Source: an uncultured Pelagibacteraceae bacterium (GTDB lineage: Bacteria > Pseudomonadota > Alphaproteobacteria > Pelagibacterales > Pelagibacteraceae). From it: DNA of 64,000 nt. The notes under the pieces were generated by a model that was not told the origin of the DNA, did no database searches, and worked only from the letters and a program-made list of their open reading frames with translations. Location: assembly GCA_902572605.1 (NCBI GenBank), contig CACGGD010000001.1, forward strand, positions 95,861 to 159,860, given 5' to 3'. Shown here piece by piece: positions 43,425-52,647 of the stretch (the first letter of the stretch is position 1; every line of letters begins with the position of its first letter). The position numbers were made by a program, and so were the translations under genes.

Positions 43425-43874
43425 ATGCACATAGCTCTATATAAGCCTGACATACCCCAAAACACTGGCGCAATAATAAGATTAAGCTCATGTTTAGGCC
43501 TAAAGGTACATATTATAGAACCTTGCGGTTTTAGCTTGGAAGATGAGAGGTTTAAAAGAGTTGTGATGGATTATATTGGTTTAAGCAAAATTTTTCGATA
43601 TGCAGACTATGATATATTTTTAAAAAAAAACTCGAAATTTAGAATTATTCTAATGACCACAAAAGCAAAGAAATCGTATCTCAAATTTAAATTTAAAAGT
43701 AGCGATATACTTTTATTTGGTAGAGAAAGTTTGGGAGTTCCAAAACTTTTGCACCAAACTATAAAAAATAAATTAAAAGTTCCTATTAGCAAAAAAGCCC
43801 GCTCTCTTAACGTAGCTATGGCAGTCGCAATGGTAGCTTCGGAAGCTTTAAGACAAAATAATTTTTTAAAATAA
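43425..43874 (+). CDS. trmL: tRNA (cytidine/uridine-34 2'-O)-methyltransferase, SPOUT
   Basis: PDIPQNTG, IEPCGF, LFGRES.G, RSLNVA. Confidence 0.92.
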   Translation: MHIALYKPDIPQNTGAIIRLSSCLGLKVHIIEPCGFSLEDERFKRVVMDYIGLSKIFRYADYDIFLKKNSKFRIILMTTKAKKSYLKFKFKSSDILLFGRESLGVPKLLHQTIKNKLKVPISKKARSLNVAMAVAMVASEALRQNNFLK

Positions 43875-44698
43875 TGATAAATTCTGATTTTAGAAAAAAA
43901 ATGGCTGATAGTTGGTTTTCTTATTTACAAAGTCAAATTTGTAAAGAATTTGAAATTTTTGAAAAAGGAAAAAAAAAATTTATTAGAAGAGACTGGTATA
44001 AAAAAAACAAGAATGAGGGAGGCGGAACATCTTTTTTACTATCAAAAGGAAATTTATTTGAAAAAGTCGGGGTTAATAAATCCACCGTTTCTGGAACATT
44101 TTCAAAAGAATTTAGAGGAAAAATATTAGGAGCAAAGAAAGATGGAAAATATTGGGCATCCGGGATCTCAGTTGTTGCTCATATGAAAAATCCAAAAATA
44201 CCTGCCATACACTTTAATACAAGATTTATAGTAACAACTAAAGAATGGTTTGGAGGCGGAATGGATGTAACTCCTAGTTATCAAGATGTTAAAGAAAAGA
44301 GTTTAGTACACAATATGTTAAAAAAAGTATGTATTAAAAACAAAAAAAATTATAAAAAATATAAAAATTGGTGTGATAAATATTTTTATTTGCCTCATAG
44401 GAAAGAAATTAGAGGAATTGGTGGAATATTTTTTGATTACGAAACTGGTAATTGGAATAATAACTTTAAATTTGTAAGAGAACTTGGATTGTCTTTTATA
44501 GATATATCTAAAAAAATTATTAAAAGAAAAAATAATTTAAAGTGGAAACAGAAAGACAAAGAAAAACAATTAATCAAAAGAGGAAGATATGTTGAATTTA
44601 ATCTTTTATATGATAGAGGTACAAAATTTGGATTAAACTCTGGTGGTAATGTAGAGTCTATTTTAATGTCGCTGCCGCCAGAAGCAAAATGGAAATAG
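43874..44698 (+). CDS. hemF: Oxygen-dependent coproporphyrinogen III oxidase
   Basis: FEKVGVN, HFNTR, WFGGGMD, RGIGGIFFD, RGRYVEFNLLYDRGTKFGL. Confidence 0.97.
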   Translation: MINSDFRKKMADSWFSYLQSQICKEFEIFEKGKKKFIRRDWYKKNKNEGGGTSFLLSKGNLFEKVGVNKSTVSGTFSKEFRGKILGAKKDGKYWASGISVVAHMKNPKIPAIHFNTRFIVTTKEWFGGGMDVTPSYQDVKEKSLVHNMLKKVCIKNKKNYKKYKNWCDKYFYLPHRKEIRGIGGIFFDYETGNWNNNFKFVRELGLSFIDISKKIIKRKNNLKWKQKDKEKQLIKRGRYVEFNLLYDRGTKFGLNSGGNVESILMSLPPEAKWK

Positions 44699-44701
44699 AT
44701 A

Positions 44702-45177
44702 ATGGATAAAGAACCTATTACAGTTATTGGTCTTAAAAATTTGAAATCTGAACTAGAAGATTTAAAAAATGTTCAAAGACCTAAAATAGTTGAAGCAATT
44801 GCTGAAGCAAGATCTCATGGTGATTTGAAGGAAAATGCTGAGTACCATGCAGCTAAAGAACAACAAGCTTTGATTGAAAGTAGAGTAATTGCAATTAATG
44901 ATCTGATAGCTAGAGCAAATGTTATAGACGTTACTAAAATTGACAATGATGGAAAAGTTATTTTTGGCTCTACAGTAAAAGTTCAAGATTTAGAAACTAA
45001 TAAAGAAATCACTTACAAATTAGTTGGACAAGATGAAGCTGATATTTCAAAGAATTTAATATTTTATAAAAGTCCAATAGGAAAAGCTTTAATTGGAAAA
45101 ATAAAAGTGAAATAGTAATTGTAAGCACCCCATCTGGTGAGAGAAATTTTGAAATAAAAAATGTTCAATATATTTAG
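44702..45177 (+). CDS. greA: Transcription elongation factor GreA, with a one-base deletion in an A5 run at 45097-45101
   Basis: HGDLKENAEY, SPIGKALIGK. The alternate frame continues NKSEIVIVSTPSGERNFEIKNVQYI to TAG at 45177, giving a normal 158-aa GreA. Confidence 0.95.
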
Positions 45178-46430
45178 TGGTTTTGGTCTTTAATAATCTT
45201 TAATACTCTTTTATCCGAGATGTTAAAATTATTATCAAGCCATTCGTTTTCTATCAGTTTCAGAGTTTTACCAATTAGTGCCCCCTCTTTCATTCCTTTT
45301 TCTTTTAAATAATTTCCATCAAAAGAAAATTTAGGTATATCAATTTTTTTTATACTATTTAGTACATCTATATAATTTTTTAATTTCATTTTTTTATTAC
45401 TTGTAAATTGAAGAGTATTGAGTGTCATTAAGTGCATTTTACCAAAAAAATAAATATTCTTTTTTAAATCTTTAAAAAAAAATTCTTTATTTTTTTGAAT
45501 GCTTGCAAAGCTTTTTGCGGTTAAGCTTAGAGTTTCTTTTAATTCATTTGAAACATTGTATTTATGTGAAAAATATTCATGATTATTTTGTTCATCTATT
45601 AGCATTACGGCTAACAAAGTTTTTTTATCAAAATTTGAGATATTATTTTGATTATCTAGTTTGTTGAGTCTTTCTAAATATTTAAATTCAGGAAAGATTA
45701 ATGAAAAAATTTCTTTTAGACGTTTATTATTATTGAGTCTAACAAAATTTTTTGTGTTTAAGATTTTAAATAATTCACTTAATATTCTTTCTTTAGAAAT
45801 TTTTTTAATTCCATCTAGATTTAATTTTATAGCTTCAATTGTTGTTTGTTCTATTTTGCTTTCATACTCAAGAGAAAATCTTACAAAACGTATAATTCTT
45901 AAGTAATCTTCTTCAATTCTTTTTTGAGGATCACCAATGAATTTTATATTATGGTTTTTTAAATCCGTGATACCTAATTGAGGGTCAAAAATTTTTCCGT
46001 TTATATCTAAATAAATTGCATTGATGGTAAAATCTCTTCTTTCTGAATCTTTCTCCCAATTATCCGTATATTCTATTTCGGCGTGCCTCCCATCAGTTTT
46101 GATATCTTTTCTTAGCGTAGTTAACTCGAGTTTAAATTTTTTTGAAACAAGAGTCACAGTCCCATGTTTAATACCACTCTCAATAATATCAAATTTTGAG
46201 CCTTCAAATTTTTTTTTAATTTGATCCGTGGTCAAAATAGTAGCTATATCAATATCGTCTATTTCTTGATTCAATAAATATTTTCTAACGCATCCACCAA
46301 CAAACATTGCTGTTTTTGGTTGTTTTGGAAAATCTTCTTTTAATTTTTTAAAAACAAATTTTAAATCACTATTTCTATAGAAAGGAAAAAAAATTTTTTT
46401 AATTTTTCTTATAAAATTAGAGTCAAGCAT
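45174..46430 (-). CDS. cca: Class II tRNA nucleotidyltransferase (CCA-adding)
   Basis: VGGCVR, DIDIAT, ELTTLRKD..TDGRHA, RRDFTINA, EDYLRIIR, SKERI..E. Confidence 0.88.
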   Translation of the reverse strand: MLDSNFIRKIKKIFFPFYRNSDLKFVFKKLKEDFPKQPKTAMFVGGCVRKYLLNQEIDDIDIATILTTDQIKKKFEGSKFDIIESGIKHGTVTLVSKKFKLELTTLRKDIKTDGRHAEIEYTDNWEKDSERRDFTINAIYLDINGKIFDPQLGITDLKNHNIKFIGDPQKRIEEDYLRIIRFVRFSLEYESKIEQTTIEAIKLNLDGIKKISKERILSELFKILNTKNFVRLNNNKRLKEIFSLIFPEFKYLERLNKLDNQNNISNFDKKTLLAVMLIDEQNNHEYFSHKYNVSNELKETLSLTAKSFASIQKNKEFFFKDLKKNIYFFGKMHLMTLNTLQFTSNKKMKLKNYIDVLNSIKKIDIPKFSFDGNYLKEKGMKEGALIGKTLKLIENEWLDNNFNISDKRVLKIIKDQNH

Positions 46431-46435
46431 GTTTT

Positions 46436-46509
46436 TGGCTGGGGCACTAGGATTCGAACCTAGGATGGCGGTATCAAAAACCGCTGCCTTACCGCTTGGC
46501 TATGCCCCA
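46436..46509 (-). tRNA. tRNA-Gln (TTG)
   Basis: TGGGGCA-TAGCCAAGCGGTAAGGCA-GCGGT-TTTTGAT-ACCGC-CATC-CTAGGTTCGAATCCTAG-TGCCCCA-GCCA. Confidence 0.96.
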
Positions 46510-46544
46510 ATATTAAGTTTTTGATATATCATAAATCTATTAAT

Positions 46545-47384
46545 TTAAATAGTTTTTGCAATCGATAACCAATATTTAGGATACTTCGTTTTCATTCTTT
46601 TTAAAGCAGCTTTAGCGGCTTTTTCAGTTTTAAACAAACCGTAACAAACTGACCCAGATCCAGTCATTCTAGAAAAGTGGCATCCCTTGATTTGGCCGAT
46701 TTCTATAATAAGCTTCTTAATAATTGGATGCTTGTTTTCTACAATTGATTGAAGATCATTATTTTTCTTAATAAGAAAGCTTACATATTTATTTTTGTCA
46801 TTAATCTTTGTAAAGTTGTGTTTAGACTTTGGAAAATGCTTCTTTACTTTAGAATAAACATCCCTAGTAGAGCATCTAATATTTGGATAAACTAATAAAA
46901 AATATAGTCTATATTTTTTGGGAAAAACATTGACTGTTTTAATATTTTTTAAAAAACCTTGTTTATAAAAAAACAATTTTAAATCTGAGCCTATTTCTTT
47001 ATTTAAAGTGCTCAATAAATTTTTGTTAACTTTTTTTCTAACAAAATATTTAATCAAGCATGCAGCATTGCTAGTTCCACCACCCATTCCTGAAAATAAA
47101 GGTATTTTCTTATTTACCAAAATAGAATAGTAATCTGAAATTAGATTTCCTTTTCTTAATATCTTTAAAGTATTAATAATTGAATTATTAGTTTTCTTAA
47201 TGTTTTTAGAAAATTTTCCTTTAAATTTTACAATATCTTTTTGGCCTTGAATTTTTTTTATTTTTATTTGATCAAATAAGTCAATTAAACAAAAATAAGA
47301 CTCAATATCATGTAGCCTATTTTTTTTTAATTTTCCATTAACATTAAGAGATAAATTAATTTTTGAGAGAGATTTTAATTCCAT
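46545..47384 (-). CDS. ispE: 4-(cytidine 5'-diphospho)-2-C-methyl-D-erythritol kinase
   Basis: KINLSL, KKIPLFSGMGGGTSNAA, IGSD, NDLQ, MTGSGS. Confidence 0.93.
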   Translation of the reverse strand: MELKSLSKINLSLNVNGKLKKNRLHDIESYFCLIDLFDQIKIKKIQGQKDIVKFKGKFSKNIKKTNNSIINTLKILRKGNLISDYYSILVNKKIPLFSGMGGGTSNAACLIKYFVRKKVNKNLLSTLNKEIGSDLKLFFYKQGFLKNIKTVNVFPKKYRLYFLLVYPNIRCSTRDVYSKVKKHFPKSKHNFTKINDKNKYVSFLIKKNNDLQSIVENKHPIIKKLIIEIGQIKGCHFSRMTGSGSVCYGLFKTEKAAKAALKRMKTKYPKYWLSIAKTI

Positions 47385-47390
47385 TATGTA

Positions 47391-49085
47391 CTATAGGCCT
47401 AAAATTAATTTATTTTTTATATTTTTTTTCAAATCCTCTTCTGTATCTTCAAGATTAAGTACATAATTCCAGTAATATCTTGCTTGAATTTCATTACCAT
47501 TTTTCCAGAGAACATCTCCATAATGATCGTTAACTATTGGATCCGCAGGCATTAATTTTACCGCTGATTGAAGAAGAAGCTTGGAGTCTTCGTATCTTTT
47601 TAATTTAAATAAAGCCCACCCTAAAGAATCAATAATATAAGGGTCATTAGGTTTTAAATCATTTGCCTTTTTAAGCATCTTTAAAGACTGTTCTATATTT
47701 TTACCTTGTTCGATCCATGAATAAGCAAGATAATTAATTACATATGCCTGATCAGGACTTAATTCTAATGAGGACAATAAATCTTCCTCTGCTTTTTTCC
47801 ACTCCCCTATTCTTTCATAAGCAACTCCTCTTCCATCTTTAACCTTTGGATACAAAGGATGATCTTTTTTTATCTTTTGAATAATTGCAGAATAAAGATT
47901 TATAGAGTCCTCAAATTTATCATTGTTTTTTAAAAATCTCGCATGATCAAACATTACATAAATATCTTTCTCTAACAATTTTTCATAAGAGTTAGTTATA
48001 AGTTTTAAAGCTTTTTCTTTTTTACCTTCCTGAATATAAATTTTGGCATTTTGTTTCGCGCTATACCAAAAAAAGGCTTCTCCTTTTTTACTTAATTCTT
48101 TATAAATTTTTTTAGCTTGAGTAAGATTATCTGTATTGTAAAAATTTTCAGCTAGCAATGTATTAAATGAAAAAAATTTTGCATTTAAATATTTTGATAA
48201 ATTTAAATAAAAATTAGAAAATGTGTAAATCTGTTGAGAAGATAAAGCATTGGCAGTTATATAAAAAATCTCTGCAATTATATTTGATAAACTTTCACAA
48301 TTAAAGTTATTCGTATATTTTCCATTATTTAAATCTAATTTGTATTGGTTTAATAATAAATTTCTTGGATATATTTCAAGTGAAGAATTTATAATTTTTT
48401 TTGCTTGCTCAATTTTTCCTTTGTTTGTTAAATATGTCGCGTACAAATAATTATATCTAGAAAAATCTATTTTTTGATTTAAAGTAAGTTCTTCAAAAAA
48501 AAATTCTGTCTTTTGACTTTTATAAAAACAATGCAAGAAAACATTTTGAATATTCTTTAAATTATTAAATCTAGTATCCTTATCATTAATTTTATTTCGA
48601 GCACTATTTAAATCTAAATCTTTAAGACTTGACCAGTTTAAAAGAACTTTTGATATGAAATCATCTAAAATAAAATTAGACTCTCTACTTTTAAGTTTTG
48701 AAAAATATTGTTTTGCTAAATCATGTTTTTTATTTTTAAGATAATATACTCCTATAATTAAATCGGTCTCAAAATTAGCTAAATTTCTTTTTTCTAGCTT
48801 TTTTGAGTAATTAAAAGCTTCGTTGAATCTTCCCGAATTAACTAATGAATGAATATATTTTGAAGAATAATTTAAATGACTTTTTTCAAGACCTTCTAGT
48901 TTCTTTAAAAAACGATATGATTCGTTGTACTGATTATCATTTAAAAGCAATAGTCCCAAAAAGTATTCAGAAATATTATTTCCTTCATTAAATTTATCTG
49001 GGGTTTTAGCTTGTAGTGTGGAAAAAAAAATGATGACAAACAATATTTGTACGATAAGCTTAATGTTACATTTAAATATATTCAT
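47391..49085 (-). CDS. Exported tetratricopeptide-repeat protein
   Basis: Signal peptide; C-terminal TPRs with NYLAYSW, IIDSLGW, DHYGDVLW; usual position upstream of ispE. Confidence 0.88.
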   Translation of the reverse strand: MNIFKCNIKLIVQILFVIIFFSTLQAKTPDKFNEGNNISEYFLGLLLLNDNQYNESYRFLKKLEGLEKSHLNYSSKYIHSLVNSGRFNEAFNYSKKLEKRNLANFETDLIIGVYYLKNKKHDLAKQYFSKLKSRESNFILDDFISKVLLNWSSLKDLDLNSARNKINDKDTRFNNLKNIQNVFLHCFYKSQKTEFFFEELTLNQKIDFSRYNYLYATYLTNKGKIEQAKKIINSSLEIYPRNLLLNQYKLDLNNGKYTNNFNCESLSNIIAEIFYITANALSSQQIYTFSNFYLNLSKYLNAKFFSFNTLLAENFYNTDNLTQAKKIYKELSKKGEAFFWYSAKQNAKIYIQEGKKEKALKLITNSYEKLLEKDIYVMFDHARFLKNNDKFEDSINLYSAIIQKIKKDHPLYPKVKDGRGVAYERIGEWKKAEEDLLSSLELSPDQAYVINYLAYSWIEQGKNIEQSLKMLKKANDLKPNDPYIIDSLGWALFKLKRYEDSKLLLQSAVKLMPADPIVNDHYGDVLWKNGNEIQARYYWNYVLNLEDTEEDLKKNIKNKLILGL

Positions 49086-49093
49086 AAGATCAC

Positions 49094-49795
49094 ATGATAA
49101 AGAAAATTAATACTAAAACAATTAAGTTAATTAAGTTTTACAACTTTATTAACTATAATTTAATTTACAATAACAAGGCAATCAATAGGTATAAAAAAGA
49201 TACTTTTCATATATCAGGAGATAAAGCAGAAAAACTAGAGAAACTAAAAAAATCTATTTTAAATATCAAAAATTGTGAATTAAAAAAAAGTGCTACTAAT
49301 GTAGTATTCTCAGATGGTAACCCAAAAGCGAAAATTATGCTTATAGGAGAAGGTCCAGGCGCTAATGAAGATCGAGAAGGACTTCCTTTTGTAGGTCGAG
49401 CTGGGGCATTATTGGATAAAATGTTGGCATCAATAAATTTAGACAGAAAAAACACTTACATTACAAATGTTGTAAATTATCGGCCACCTGAAAACAGAAG
49501 ACCAACTGAGGAAGAGATAACAAAATATTTACCTTACCTCAAACAGCACATCGAAATAATCAATCCAAGAATATTAGTTTTATTGGGAAGTACTGCTTTA
49601 AATGCTATTATTGGAAACAAGATTGTGATCTCTAAGGCCAGAGGTCAATGGACTGAAAAACAGTTTGGAGAATGTAAAGCATCTGTCATTGTCACATTTC
49701 ACCCTGCTTTTTTAATGAGACAACCGGCTCAAAAAAAAATGGCTTGGATAGATCTTAAAATGATAAGAGAAAAAAAATCTAAATTAAGAATTTAA
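49094..49795 (+). CDS. Uracil-DNA glycosylase, family 4
   Basis: IGEGPGANED, PFVGRAG, YITN...RPPENR, TFHPAFLMR. Confidence 0.93.
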   Translation: MIKKINTKTIKLIKFYNFINYNLIYNNKAINRYKKDTFHISGDKAEKLEKLKKSILNIKNCELKKSATNVVFSDGNPKAKIMLIGEGPGANEDREGLPFVGRAGALLDKMLASINLDRKNTYITNVVNYRPPENRRPTEEEITKYLPYLKQHIEIINPRILVLLGSTALNAIIGNKIVISKARGQWTEKQFGECKASVIVTFHPAFLMRQPAQKKMAWIDLKMIREKKSKLRI

Positions 49796-50368
49796 TTGAA
49801 ACAAAATTTAATTACAGCAGGGGTTGATGAAGTAGGAAGAGGATGTTTAGCAGGTCCAGTTGTTTCAGCAGCAGTAATATTGAACGAAAATATTGATTTA
49901 AAACTATTAAAAGACTCAAAAAGAATTAACTTTAAAAATCGAATAAAAATAGCTGAACATATAAAATTAAATTCACAATATGCAATAGGTCAAGCATCCG
50001 TTAAAGAAATTCTAGATTTGAATATCCTTCAAGCAGCACTGCTTTCTATGAAAAGAGCAATTAACAAACTATCCATTAAACCAGAATTAATTTTGATTGA
50101 TGGAAATTTTGCTCCCAAAGGAATAAATAATTTTAAAACTATAATTAATGGTGATGAAAAAATAAAATGCATCAGTGCAGCCTCAATTATTGCGAAAACA
50201 CATAGAGATTTATTAATGATAAAATTATCAGAAAAATTTTCTAATTATGCCTGGGAAAGAAATTTTGGTTACGGCACTAAAGCTCATTTGGACGGTTTAA
50301 AAAAATTTGGTATAACTTCTCATCATCGAAGAGGTTTCAAACCTATACACAAGATATTGTCGAGTTAA
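49796..50368 (+). CDS. rnhB: Ribonuclease HII
   Basis: GVDEVGRG.LAGPV, DSK, IDGN, ISAASIIAK, GYGTKAH, HRRGF. Confidence 0.97.
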   Translation: MKQNLITAGVDEVGRGCLAGPVVSAAVILNENIDLKLLKDSKRINFKNRIKIAEHIKLNSQYAIGQASVKEILDLNILQAALLSMKRAINKLSIKPELILIDGNFAPKGINNFKTIINGDEKIKCISAASIIAKTHRDLLMIKLSEKFSNYAWERNFGYGTKAHLDGLKKFGITSHHRRGFKPIHKILSS

Positions 50369-50441
50369 GAATCTCAAACACAAGTGGACTCTTTTTTTAG
50401 CTAAAATGGTTTGACCTTAGATTCAATTTAAGGTTGAATCT
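50369..50441. promoter_or_regulatory. ccrM leader with four GANTC sites and an inverted repeat
   Basis: GAATC 50369, GACTC 50387, GATTC 50420, GAATC 50436; inverted repeat AGATTCAA-N7-TTGAATCT at 50419-50441. Confidence 0.7.
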
Positions 50442-50446
50442 TTTAA

Positions 50447-51520
50447 ATGTTTAAATTCTCTAACAAAATTGTTAACGGTGATTGCTTAAAGGAATTAAAA
50501 AAGATTCCTGATAAATCTTTTGATCTAGTTTTTGCCGACCCTCCTTACAATATGCAAATAGGAGAAAAATTAACTCGGCCTGATGCAAGTAAAGTTAATG
50601 GTGTCAATGATAAGTGGGATCGGTTTAATGGTTTCAAGCATTACGATGAATTTTGTAATATTTGGTTAACTGAATGTAAAAGAATATTAAAAGATAATGG
50701 AAGCATTTGGGTGATTGGCTCTTATCACAATATTTTTCGTTTGGGTTATCTTTTACAAAATTTAGACTACTGGCTGCTTAACGATGTAATTTGGAGAAAA
50801 AATAATCCAATGCCAAATTTTAGAGGCTCTAGATTTACTAACGCTCACGAAACATTAATTTGGGCATCAAAAAGTAAAAAATCAAAATACACTTTTAATT
50901 ACCAATCTTTAAAATGTTTAAATGACGATTTGCAAATGAGGTCTGACTGGACACTTCCAATCTGTAATGGAAAAGAGAGATTAAAGAAAAATGGAAAAAA
51001 AATTCACTCAACACAAAAACCTGAAGCTTTGCTTCACAGAATAATTTTAGCTACTACTAATAAAGGTGACACTATATTTGATCCATTTCTAGGCACTGGA
51101 ACCACTGCTGTTGTTGCAAAGAAGCTAGGCAGAAATTACTATGGTATAGAAAAAGATAAAAAATATATTAAAGCTGCTCAGGATAGAATAAATAAAGCTA
51201 AGAAAATTGAGGATAATTATCTAGACACAATTCAAAACAATAGATCTAAACCAAGAATACCTTTTGGATCATTAGTTGAATTGGGAATTTTAAAACCGGG
51301 CACAACTCTCTTCGACCCTAAAAAAAAAATTAATGCCAAAATAATGATTGATGGAAGCATTAAATATAAGGAAGCTGAAGGATCTATACATAAAATAGCG
51401 GCAAAGATCATGGGCACTGAGAGCTATAATGGATGGACTTATTGGCATTGTGATATAAATGGATCTACTGTGCTTATTGATAGTTTAAGACAAAAATTTA
51501 TATCTTCAAAACAAGTCTAA
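50447..51520 (+). CDS. ccrM: Cell-cycle-regulated orphan DNA adenine methyltransferase (beta class)
   Basis: FADPPYN, GSYHNIFR, NPMPNFRG.RFTNAHETLIW, HSTQKP, DPFLGTGTT, C-terminal GSIH...NGWTYWH domain; downstream of rnhB, no cognate nuclease. Confidence 0.93.
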   Translation: MFKFSNKIVNGDCLKELKKIPDKSFDLVFADPPYNMQIGEKLTRPDASKVNGVNDKWDRFNGFKHYDEFCNIWLTECKRILKDNGSIWVIGSYHNIFRLGYLLQNLDYWLLNDVIWRKNNPMPNFRGSRFTNAHETLIWASKSKKSKYTFNYQSLKCLNDDLQMRSDWTLPICNGKERLKKNGKKIHSTQKPEALLHRIILATTNKGDTIFDPFLGTGTTAVVAKKLGRNYYGIEKDKKYIKAAQDRINKAKKIEDNYLDTIQNNRSKPRIPFGSLVELGILKPGTTLFDPKKKINAKIMIDGSIKYKEAEGSIHKIAAKIMGTESYNGWTYWHCDINGSTVLIDSLRQKFISSKQV

Positions 51521-52647
51521 TTTTTATAAACAGATCCTAAATAACTATTAATAAAATATTTTTTCTTAACCAAAAATTTTAAGAAGAAATTTCTTATTTT
51601 TTGCATAAAAGAACTTGTAAAATGAAAAGCAAAAAAATTAAAATTTGATCGTCTTCTTACAGCTGTAGTTCTTTCAAATCTCTTTTTAAAGTAGATATTT
51701 GATGCATCTAAATTTTCATCTTTAATTAAATTAAATAATTCATAAGCACTCTCTATTGATTGCCCTGCGCCTTGAGCCATTGTAGGAAGAAAACCATTAA
51801 ATGCATCACCGATATAAAATACTTTATTGTTAGATGAGGGAAGAATTTTAGAAGTTGAATATAAAGGCCAGGATTGTAAATCAGTTTCAAATAAATCTTT
51901 TAAATTTGAATTTTGAGTTATTAACTTTCTCTCAATTAAAGATTTAATGTTATCAGGGTCGTATTTTTTATCTCGGATAATACAAACTAAATTTAATTCA
52001 TTTTTTTGATTAATTGGATAAATGACTAAATGTAAATTTGATCCCATAAATAAACTAATATTTTTTTCGTTTATATCTAAATTATGTTTTTTGAAAATTA
52101 ACCTCACGGCGATTGCTTTTTTAAATAAAGGTTGACTCTTTTTCTTTTCAAAAAAAGATCTTGTGTTTGAAAAAATACCATCAGCTCCTACAACATAATC
52201 AACAAGATCATTAGTGTTGTCAGTAAATTTTATTAGGACTTTACCTTTTAACTCTGTCACTTCTTTAATAGATTTTCCAAACCTTAAATGTTGATTATAA
52301 ATTTCGTCTTTTAAAAATTCAATCAATGTAGATCTTTTTAAAGTAGTATATTTTGAATATTCAGAATTAAACTTACTAATTTCTAAATCACATATTTTTT
52401 CATTCTTAATTGAGAAAAAATCCATAGACTTAGGGTGAAAAATATCTTTTGAATTAACTTTGCGAAAGTCAATTGTATTTAAAATTGAAACACTGTTTGG
52501 AGCTAGTTGAATACCAAAACCATCATCTAAAGATAAACTTTCTTTCTTTTCATAAATCATGAATTGAAAGTCAGAATTTTTTTTTATTAAATTTGCAAAA
52601 GTCAATCCTGCAACTCCAGACCCAATAATTGCTATTTTCTTTTTCAT
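51517..52647 (-). CDS. FAD-dependent monooxygenase (salicylate hydroxylase-like)
   Basis: GSGVAG, GIQLAPN, GADGIFS, IGDA...PTMAQGA. Confidence 0.85.
   Translation of the reverse strand: MKKKIAIIGSGVAGLTFANLIKKNSDFQFMIYEKKESLSLDDGFGIQLAPNSVSILNTIDFRKVNSKDIFHPKSMDFFSIKNEKICDLEISKFNSEYSKYTTLKRSTLIEFLKDEIYNQHLRFGKSIKEVTELKGKVLIKFTDNTNDLVDYVVGADGIFSNTRSFFEKKKSQPLFKKAIAVRLIFKKHNLDINEKNISLFMGSNLHLVIYPINQKNELNLVCIIRDKKYDPDNIKSLIERKLITQNSNLKDLFETDLQSWPLYSTSKILPSSNNKVFYIGDAFNGFLPTMAQGAGQSIESAYELFNLIKDENLDASNIYFKKRFERTTAVRRRSNFNFFAFHFTSSFMQKIRNFFLKFLVKKKYFINSYLGSVYKN

Noticed and set aside
50447-51520. Restriction-modification defence system
   Set aside because: No adjacent endonuclease; sequence and rnhB linkage match orphan CcrM.
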